A stretch of DNA of 64,000 bases from an uncultured archaeon (GTDB lineage: Archaea; Iainarchaeota; Iainarchaeia; Iainarchaeales; DTGL01), in contig CAZKED010000003.1 of NCBI GenBank assembly GCA_964551725.1, positions 21,617 to 85,616 of the forward strand, given 5' to 3'. The notes below the pieces were generated by a model. That model saw nothing but the letters and a program-made list of their open reading frames with translations, did no database searches and had not been told where the DNA came from. Shown here piece after piece: positions 57,283 through 64,000 of this stretch (positions are counted from its first letter, which is position 1; the number at the start of each line of letters is the position of its first letter). The position numbers and the translations under genes are program-made.

Positions 57283-57756
57283 ATGCGTTCTTCCTGGAGA
57301 AAGGGCTTCAGTTTCGGGCTCACTTCCGGAATAATTACAACACTGGGAATGATTGTCGGCCTGAATTCGAGCACCCACTCGCAGATGGTTGTAATCGGGG
57401 GAATCCTCGCAATTGCTGTAGCCGACGCTTTCTCCGATGCACTGGGAATACACATCTCCGAGGAATCCGAGAACAAGCATTCCCCAAAGGAAATATGGCA
57501 GGCAACGCTTTCCACTCTCGGGGCAAAATTCTTCTTCGCCCTCACTTTTATTGCGCCTGTTCTGCTTCTCCCCCTGCAGGAAGCGATAATTGCAAGCGTT
57601 GTATATGGTTTGCTGCTTATTGCAATTGTCAGCGCGGCAATGGCAAAAGAGCAAAAGCAAAAAATTCACGCCGTTGTCGCTGAACACCTTTCAATCGCTG
57701 CCGCGGTCATAATAATAACCCACCTCGTCGGGGGCTTTGTTGCAACGCTCGGGTGA
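57283..57756 (+). CDS. VIT1/CCC1-family-like membrane protein (short form)
   Basis: FGLTSGIITTLGMIVGL resembles the VIT-family glycine-rich helix. 4-5 TM helices. Confidence 0.45.
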   Translation: MRSSWRKGFSFGLTSGIITTLGMIVGLNSSTHSQMVVIGGILAIAVADAFSDALGIHISEESENKHSPKEIWQATLSTLGAKFFFALTFIAPVLLLPLQEAIIASVVYGLLLIAIVSAAMAKEQKQKIHAVVAEHLSIAAAVIIITHLVGGFVATLG

Positions 57757-57803
57757 AAGCGGCTGGCAAAAGCAATTTTAATTAGTAACATTCTACTATT
57801 AGC

Positions 57804-59768
57804 ATGCCCTGCAAAAGGATTGCACTTGTTTTTCTCCTGCTCCTTATTTTTTCCGCGGTGGCGAATGCAAAATATTACTCCCTGGAAAAGGCGGAAGTGT
57901 ACTACAAAATTGAACCGAACGGACTGGTCAAAGCGGAGGAAGAAATAACATTCAATTTTTCCGGCTCTTTCACCTATGCTTACAGGAACTTTCCCCGCGG
58001 GGAATGGGAATACGGGGAAATAAAGGTTTACGATGTGAGCGATGGAACTCCCGCGGAGCTAATGACGGAAAGGTCCTACCACGGAAGCGATTTTAGGGTT
58101 ACGTGGCATTACTCCGCGCGGGACGAAAGGAAAACATTCAAAATAAATTACACCATTTCAAAAGCCGTAAAGGCATACAGCGATGTTGCGGAGTTCTACT
58201 GGAAGGTGTGGGGAAGCGGCTGGGAAAAACCGCTCGGGGAAATAATCGGATATATTGAACTTCCAGCGGAAGTCCGAAACGCGAAAGAGGTTTATTCCTG
58301 GGGGCATCCCGCAATAAACGGGAAAATGGGGCTGCTTGAAAACAGGAAGCTTTTGTTCCAGGCGTTCAACATTCCCGCACAGCAGTGGGTTGAAATCAGG
58401 ATTGCTTTCCCCCGTTCCCTGCTTGAAAGCACGGAAAACGCGGTTGCTGTCAGCAGTGAGGGACTGGAAAAAATCATCCAAGAAGAAAGAGAATACGCTG
58501 CGCCTTTTGCGTTCCGCTTTCCGGAGCCGCCTGGCAGTGAAATGCTTGGGTTTGCGGTTGCGCCCATTGCAATAATTGTGGGAATTTTTTTCATTGCAGC
58601 CTTGCTTCGCGGAACCTTTGAAAAGGGAGGCAGGAAAAGCCCGATTGCAGTATTCTTTGTAGGGGTTTTAATCCTCATTGGCTTTCCCGTTTCAATGTGG
58701 TGGGTCGGCGCCGGAATCCCGCTCGTCCTGCTTGCCGCTGTTGCGGAATGCGCTGTTTTTGCCATTTGCTGGCATTTCTGGGGCAGGGAGCCAAAAGTGG
58801 AAATTCCCGCCCTGTACGAGAGGGAGGTTCCGTTCGATTACAGCCCTGCAGTGGTCGAGGCATTGCTCCACCAGTGGGCGAAAAAGCCGACGGTGAAAAG
58901 CATGATAGCGGAACTACTGCACCTGTGCCTCAAGAAAAAAATAAAACTGGAGAAAATAAGGGAGAAAACTTTCTGGGGAGGGAAAGATTCCTACAAAATC
59001 CACATCATCGACCGCTCTCTGAAAGGAATGCCAAAAAGCGAGAGAATACTGTTCGCGCTTTTGGAGGATGCCGCGGAATTCAGGACCGAGGGAATAATCT
59101 TCAAGAAGCGTGTAGCGGACGGAACGCCGGACGAGGTGACACTCAACGAAATCACAAAATTCCTGCGGCAAAATCCCGCGGAATCCCGCACGATACTGGA
59201 GCAGTGGAAGCAGTCGGTTTCGGACAAGGCAATGGAAATGGGGCTGTTCTCAAAAAAAAGCGCGATAATTCCCTTCCTTCTCGGCAGTGCGGTAATGGTA
59301 ATTGTTTTTTCCCTTTTCTACCTTTACCTCTTTATTGAAATAGTGATTGTTGCATTGCTGCTAAACGCTTTGTTTCCGAACATGCTGCCAAACCGCTCGA
59401 AAGTCGGAGCGGAGCACTACAAGCGCTGGATGCTGTTGAAAAAATTCCTCTCCGATTTCTCCAACCTCAGGGAAATGCCTCCAGATGCAATAGTGCTGTG
59501 GGAAAAATACTTGGTGTATTCAATTCCGCTGGGGGTCGCAAAAAAAGTGCAAAAGGCAATGGACGATGTTTTCCGCGATTACCACGGAGAATACCATTCC
59601 AGCATTTTTGTGGGCGCGGGCTATGCGGGCTTTTCGGCAGAGGGCTTTGGTTCAGCTGTCGGAGCGTTCTCTTCCGCTTTCAGTTCCGCAACCGCCACGT
59701 CCGGCGGGGGAGGATTCGGCGGCGGTGGAGGCGGAGGGGGAGGCGGGGGCGGCGGTGGAGCCGGCTGA
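57804..59768 (+). CDS. DUF2207-family membrane protein with Gly-rich C-terminus
   Basis: 654 aa. Signal peptide, extracellular domain, multiple TM helices, C-terminal SGGGGFGGGGGGGGGGGGGGAG. Confidence 0.6.
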   Translation: MPCKRIALVFLLLLIFSAVANAKYYSLEKAEVYYKIEPNGLVKAEEEITFNFSGSFTYAYRNFPRGEWEYGEIKVYDVSDGTPAELMTERSYHGSDFRVTWHYSARDERKTFKINYTISKAVKAYSDVAEFYWKVWGSGWEKPLGEIIGYIELPAEVRNAKEVYSWGHPAINGKMGLLENRKLLFQAFNIPAQQWVEIRIAFPRSLLESTENAVAVSSEGLEKIIQEEREYAAPFAFRFPEPPGSEMLGFAVAPIAIIVGIFFIAALLRGTFEKGGRKSPIAVFFVGVLILIGFPVSMWWVGAGIPLVLLAAVAECAVFAICWHFWGREPKVEIPALYEREVPFDYSPAVVEALLHQWAKKPTVKSMIAELLHLCLKKKIKLEKIREKTFWGGKDSYKIHIIDRSLKGMPKSERILFALLEDAAEFRTEGIIFKKRVADGTPDEVTLNEITKFLRQNPAESRTILEQWKQSVSDKAMEMGLFSKKSAIIPFLLGSAVMVIVFSLFYLYLFIEIVIVALLLNALFPNMLPNRSKVGAEHYKRWMLLKKFLSDFSNLREMPPDAIVLWEKYLVYSIPLGVAKKVQKAMDDVFRDYHGEYHSSIFVGAGYAGFSAEGFGSAVGAFSSAFSSATATSGGGGFGGGGGGGGGGGGGGAG

Positions 59769-59842
59769 ATGGAATTGCCGCGCAACGGAAAGAAAAAAGA
59801 ACAAAGAAAAAGGAACGAGTCAGAGCAAAAAAAATTAACGGA

Positions 59843-60319
59843 TCAGCGCAGCCTTGTTCTCCGCACTTTTCCCAACAGGGGGTTTCCACCTTTCGGCCGT
59901 GCCCCGGAGCCACGTGCCCTGGCAGCCCTTCTGTCCCTGGGGGGCGCTCTAGCCAGCCGTGAGGACTCGCCGCGCCTTCTCGTTACTAAAAATGGGGCAT
60001 GTGGGGAAACACGGTACATTTCCCAGGAATGTTCGCTGGCAATCACCAAAACCGGTCTCTTTGGCACTTTTTTCCTTCCCTCATCGACGGCTGCTTTAAT
60101 GGTTCCAGCTGGATCGTTGGGGTGAAAGAATCTTATGGGGGCGCCCATGCGTGCTGCAATCCTTTCGATTTCGGGGGAGATGTGCATTCCCTTTTCAACA
60201 ATTAGCATTCCCTCGAGCTTGAGGTCATTGCGTATTTCCCCCACATCGGGTTCACCACTTTTAAAAGTGAGAAACCTTACGCCAGTTTTTCTCCCCTTTA
60301 CAACAGTTTGACGAGGCAT
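59843..60319 (-). CDS. Hypothetical protein; C-terminal Arg-rich tail is encoded by a GC-rich patch that may instead be a structured RNA
   Basis: N-terminal roughly 105 aa look protein-like. Last roughly 50 aa (RRRGESSRLARAPPRDRRAARARGSGARPKGG...) are low-complexity and come from the GC-rich 59870-59990. Confidence 0.35.
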   Translation of the reverse strand: MPRQTVVKGRKTGVRFLTFKSGEPDVGEIRNDLKLEGMLIVEKGMHISPEIERIAARMGAPIRFFHPNDPAGTIKAAVDEGRKKVPKRPVLVIASEHSWEMYRVSPHAPFLVTRRRGESSRLARAPPRDRRAARARGSGARPKGGNPLLGKVRRTRLR

Positions 60320-60541
60320 TTCAATTCAATTTTATGGCACGAAAGGTTAAAATATGTTTTCACTTCGCGCCGGCTCGAGTCAGAGCGTTTCAGAGAAAAA
60401 CCGCAAAGAGCATCATCGCCGCAAAGTAGAATGCAACTGCGGCAAGCACTTTTATTACCGATTTTTTTTCAATCTTCCTTCTTTTTTTGAAACCCATTTT
60501 TTCAATTTCAATTGCTTCCTTTCCTATTTCGTCCACCGACA

Positions 60542-61339
60542 TCAAAACACCCCCGGCACGGCAATTTTCAGGGAGAGGTAACTTCCCAGAGAGAAAGCGT
60601 AAACAGGAATTATTTTGCGCCACCAGCGCGTGGGAAAAACCCTCACAATGTAGGGGGAGAGTATCGCTGCCACAAACGCGCCGGTAAAAATGGAAGGCAA
60701 CAGCGAAAAATCAACCACTTTCCCCATGGAACTTATGAAAATAAAGGTAAGCACCCCGAACACGGAAACGAACGCCTCGGCAACGGAAACAATCGCAACA
60801 GCGCTTTTTTCGTGCACTCCGGAAAAAATCTGCCCCAGCGTTACAACCGGACCGTAGCCCCCGCCGCCTATGCCTTTGTTGAAGCCGGCGAGGCAGGCGA
60901 ATCCCGCCAAAAGCTTGGGTCTGAACTTCTTGCTCGTGCGGAATTTGAGCCTTATAATCCCGTAAACCCCCATTAAGAGGACTAGAACTGCAACATAGAG
61001 TTTTATGAAGTCCTTGGGGAGGTTTATTGCAAAATAGGCGAGGAAAACGGAAAGCACTATTGCAAAGCAGCCGCTGACGGCAATGAGCAAAACAAGCCTT
61101 GTCGCCTTGTTGAAAGGTCTTTGAACCGAGAATTTCACATTGCCGAATTCGTGGTGGAAAAACCCCGACACAAAGCCTGTTATTGCCTCGGATGCAAGCA
61201 CTACAGGAACAACCTGCAATGGGTTGAAGCCCATTATGAAGAGCAGCGGTGTAAGAGAGGTGCCGAAGCCCATTCCCGCGCTTGAGTCCATGAACTCAAA
61301 GATAAAGGCGAGAGCAACTATCGCAATCACGATCTCCAT
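60542..61339 (-). CDS. TSUP/TauE-SafE family (DUF81) anion exporter
   Basis: MEIVIAIVALAF... 8 TM helices. FNKGIGGGGYGPVV glycine motif. Confidence 0.65.
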   Translation of the reverse strand: MEIVIAIVALAFIFEFMDSSAGMGFGTSLTPLLFIMGFNPLQVVPVVLASEAITGFVSGFFHHEFGNVKFSVQRPFNKATRLVLLIAVSGCFAIVLSVFLAYFAINLPKDFIKLYVAVLVLLMGVYGIIRLKFRTSKKFRPKLLAGFACLAGFNKGIGGGGYGPVVTLGQIFSGVHEKSAVAIVSVAEAFVSVFGVLTFIFISSMGKVVDFSLLPSIFTGAFVAAILSPYIVRVFPTRWWRKIIPVYAFSLGSYLSLKIAVPGVF

Positions 61340-61448
61340 GGGGTTCACACAAAAACTTAAACAAGGCAATTGCAATGCAATTGCAGTGCATTTATAATGC
61401 GCTGTTGGGTTTTAAAACCTATCGCTCCCGCGTTCCCGAAAAGCGGAA

Positions 61449-63038
61449 TCAAAAGCCCTGCTGTATGGTGCGCACGATGTTTTTCGCGTGGTCGCTTATC
61501 CTTTCAAGGTTCACTATCGCCTCCACAAAAAGGACATCGGAACTCTTCGCCGACCTAAAGCGCGCGTTTTCGTATTTTTCCTGCAGCGAATCAAGCTTTC
61601 TCTCGTTCTCTATCACTCTGTCGAACAGCCCGTCGCCGCGCTTCTTCATTGCTTTTACGCTCGCGGAGAACGCCTCCGCGGCAAGGGAGAAATACTCCTC
61701 CAAATCGCGGAACTCTTTCTTCGGGAAAGAGATTTTCATCTTTTTCTTTTTCTGCGCAAGTTCGAACAAATTGTTCGCGTGGTCTCCCACGCGCTCAATG
61801 TCTATTACGTGCCCTTTGAGTTCCGCAACCTCGCGCTTGTCGCGGGGGGAAAGAGGGTATTTTTCCAGTCCCTTCAGGAAAAAGAAAAGCTTTTCCTTTA
61901 TTTCGTCCACTGTGTCCTCTTTTTCGGGAAGTTCCCGTGCGCCTTTCAGGTTTCCCTTGAGTAATGCTCTTTCCGAGAGGGAAACCATTTCCACTGCAAT
62001 GCCTGCCATTCTCTCTACTTCCTTCCTGCACTGCCCGACCGCAATTGACGGCACGACCAAAAGGCTTTCGTTCACGTATTTCAGCCCTGTTTCAAATTTT
62101 GGCTCAGAGCCCTTTATCAGTTTTTTTGAAATTAGCACCAATGCTCCGGAGAGGGGGAGCATTACTGCTGTGACAATAATGTTGAATGCGCTGTGGGCGT
62201 TGGCTATCTGCCTTGGCAGTTCCGTGCTAGTTGTCGCAATCCAGCCAGCAAAAGGGATAATAAAGGGAAGGAACAAAAGAACGCCTAAAACGTTCACCAG
62301 CAGCTGCACGAGCGCCAGGCGCTTGCTTGAAATTCTGGAACCAATGGATGCAATCTGCGCTGTAATCGTAGTGCCTATGTTCGCGCCGAAAATCAGCGAG
62401 ATTGCCGCCGGCAGCGTTATTACGCCGGAGGAGCCCATTGCTATAACAAGACCCGTAGTCGCGGAGGAACTCTGCACTATTCCCGTGAACACTGCTCCCG
62501 CCAAGACCCCGAGCAATGGATTGACTGCAAAAGATGAAAGCATTTCAGCAAAAAAGGGATCCTGCTTTAAGGGTGAAACGCCCGCGCTCATTGTTGTCAT
62601 TCCGAGGAAAATCAAGCCGAAGCCGAAAATTATTTCCCCTGCATGGCGCGTTCTGCGGCTCTTGCTGAAAAAGGAAATAAAGAAGCCGAGGGCGAGCATC
62701 GGGAGGAAGAGCATGCCTACATTGAAGGCGATTATTTGGGCTGTGATTGTTGTTCCTATCTCCGCCCCTAACATTACCCATACTGCCTGCTGCAGCCCGA
62801 TGAGGCCGGCGTTGAGGAATCCTATAAGGGTGACCATTGTCATTGAAGAGCTTTGAATTATTGCCGTTGTGAGGGCGCCCACGCCGGCTGAACGGAAGCG
62901 GTCTTTTGTTAGTCTTTCTATGAGCGCTTTTAGTTTTTCCCCCGCGACCTTCTTGAGCGCGCTTGAGAGGAATTTCAAGCCGAAAAGGAATACCGCGAGA
63001 CCGCCGAAAATAGAGAAAAAGGTTGAAATGTAATCCAT
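61449..63038 (-). CDS. Na+/phosphate symporter (NptA/type II Na-Pi cotransporter family) with C-terminal PhoU-like domains
   Basis: 529 aa. Duplicated transporter repeats (GANIGTTITAQ twice), C-terminal helical PhoU-like domain (ERVGDHANN, ERISDHAKN). Confidence 0.75.
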   Translation of the reverse strand: MDYISTFFSIFGGLAVFLFGLKFLSSALKKVAGEKLKALIERLTKDRFRSAGVGALTTAIIQSSSMTMVTLIGFLNAGLIGLQQAVWVMLGAEIGTTITAQIIAFNVGMLFLPMLALGFFISFFSKSRRTRHAGEIIFGFGLIFLGMTTMSAGVSPLKQDPFFAEMLSSFAVNPLLGVLAGAVFTGIVQSSSATTGLVIAMGSSGVITLPAAISLIFGANIGTTITAQIASIGSRISSKRLALVQLLVNVLGVLLFLPFIIPFAGWIATTSTELPRQIANAHSAFNIIVTAVMLPLSGALVLISKKLIKGSEPKFETGLKYVNESLLVVPSIAVGQCRKEVERMAGIAVEMVSLSERALLKGNLKGARELPEKEDTVDEIKEKLFFFLKGLEKYPLSPRDKREVAELKGHVIDIERVGDHANNLFELAQKKKKMKISFPKKEFRDLEEYFSLAAEAFSASVKAMKKRGDGLFDRVIENERKLDSLQEKYENARFRSAKSSDVLFVEAIVNLERISDHAKNIVRTIQQGF

Positions 63039-63091
63039 GAAATAGTTGGAATACTTTGTTTTAAAAGTTTAATTGGTGTATTCTTATAACT

Positions 63092-63379
63092 ATGCCTGCA
63101 CTGGAAAGCTATGTGAGGGCGGCGCGCCACAGCGGGGCAAGAACACAGCAGAAAATTGTTTACAGGAAGCCAGAGCCGCGGTTTGTTGACGCTTCCGTGC
63201 GGAGCAGAGAAATAAAAGAGGAAAAAGAACAGGGCGGAGCCGGGGAAGACTGGGAGAAGTGCGCGCATTTGAAGGTTTCGGGCGGGAAACATTCGTGCAA
63301 AAAATTCTTCTGCCCCTGCGCAAAAGACAACTGCAGCAAGAGGCACATCGAATTGTGTGAAGAACCCGCAGAAAAATAA
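63092..63379 (+). CDS. Hypothetical Cys-rich small protein
   Basis: 95 aa. ...HSCKKFFCPCAKDNCSKRHIELCEE. Confidence 0.35.
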   Translation: MPALESYVRAARHSGARTQQKIVYRKPEPRFVDASVRSREIKEEKEQGGAGEDWEKCAHLKVSGGKHSCKKFFCPCAKDNCSKRHIELCEEPAEK

Positions 63380-63400
63380 TTTTCATAATTTTTCTTTTTT

Positions 63401-63889
63401 TTAATTGGGCTTTTTTTCCTGGACTGCCTCTCTGGGAATTGCTTTTTTCCCTATTTTCTGCTCCAGTGCCTCGAGTTCTTCCTGCAGGAGCCTTATTTCC
63501 TCGTTTAATTCCTGCAGTTCGGCGTGCTGGGGCTGGTTCATTAAAGCGCTTTTTATTTCGAGCAATTCGCGCTGAATCAGCTTTATTTCCTTTTCCGCTT
63601 TCCTGTCAATGTAATAATCGCGCTGGGAGCGCTTCCTGTCGATTTCCATTTCCCTGTTCTGGCTCATGAGGATTATGGGAGCCTGCATGGCGGCAAGGCA
63701 GGAAAGCATTAAATTGAGGAGGATGAAGGGATAGGGATCCCAGGTACCGAAAAGGATTATGTGCGTGTTGATTGCCATCCACGCTATAAGGAAAACCGAG
63801 AGAAGGAGAATGAATGTCCAGGAGCCCGCCCATTTCGTGATGAAATCCGCTGCCTTCTGCCCTATATTGCGCGTGTCTTTTGCCGGCAT
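63401..63889 (-). CDS. DUF1003-family membrane protein
   Basis: 162 aa. WAGSWTFILLLSVFLIAWMAINT... two TM helices then a coiled-coil C-terminus, as in DUF1003. Confidence 0.55.
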   Translation of the reverse strand: MPAKDTRNIGQKAADFITKWAGSWTFILLLSVFLIAWMAINTHIILFGTWDPYPFILLNLMLSCLAAMQAPIILMSQNREMEIDRKRSQRDYYIDRKAEKEIKLIQRELLEIKSALMNQPQHAELQELNEEIRLLQEELEALEQKIGKKAIPREAVQEKKPN

Positions 63890-64000
63890 GAAAAGAGTAT
63901 GCTTGCGGCTTTAAAAAACTTTTCGGTTTCCCCGCGCGGTGCGCGAAGTTTTTAAACCGTTCCGGGCAATGTTTTCTTATGGAATCACAGCTTACGGCGT

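Overview
This 64 kb window of a prokaryotic chromosome (about 50% GC, densely coding, stop codon TGA/TAA) is mostly metabolic and envelope genes. I found no rRNA, CRISPR array, transposase or integrase. The domain of life is ambiguous from sequence alone. A class III (archaeal prepilin-like) signal peptide, a Pyrococcus-type single-cluster ferredoxin, 4-subunit 2-oxoacid:ferredoxin oxidoreductases and class II tRNAs with 3-bp D stems and GGCCAAA-type D loops point to an archaeon, possibly of the DPANN or Woesearchaeota kind. RibBA, a Pat-like ACD+GNAT fusion, DUF3160, PspC and a hairpin+U7 terminator look bacterial. The main content is as follows. (1) Purine/riboflavin genes (purA partial, guaB, ribBA). 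(2) A thiol-redox/ferredoxin island: membrane thioredoxin-fold protein, glutaredoxin, ferredoxin, DUF59, rubredoxin-like ORF translationally coupled to an FTR-catalytic-subunit-like ORF. (3) Four tRNAs: Leu-CAA, Ser-GCT, Asp-GTC, Arg-CCG. Two of them are each faced by a paralogous small Zn-ribbon gene. (4) A 7-gene minus-strand operon: two AMP-forming acyl-CoA synthetases, an aminotransferase and porDABG. (5) A second aminotransferase-iorAB module. (6) A paaK-type ligase, divergent from an 898-aa NDP-forming acyl-CoA synthetase fused to a C-terminal GNAT (Pat-like). (7) A 1507-aa secreted giant protein with a roughly 155-aa Pro-Ser linker, a TolB-like propeller, TSP3/MopE-like Cys/Asp motifs and a C-terminal HExxH. 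(8) Transporters (ABC-2, MacB/FtsX-type ABC, MFS, APC, TauE, Na/Pi-PhoU), TspO, ICMT, JAB/MPN, DUF2207, DUF3160, radical SAM, an extracytoplasmic FKBP and several HTH-membrane-protein pairs. Noncoding oddities: a 31-aa poly-lysine uORF followed by a hairpin+U7 terminator directly upstream of a DUF296 gene; two GC-rich candidate structured-RNA regions; repeated GGTTTAAG motifs; a perfect palindrome next to a TATA box. All product calls are from motif recognition by eye; no database search was possible.
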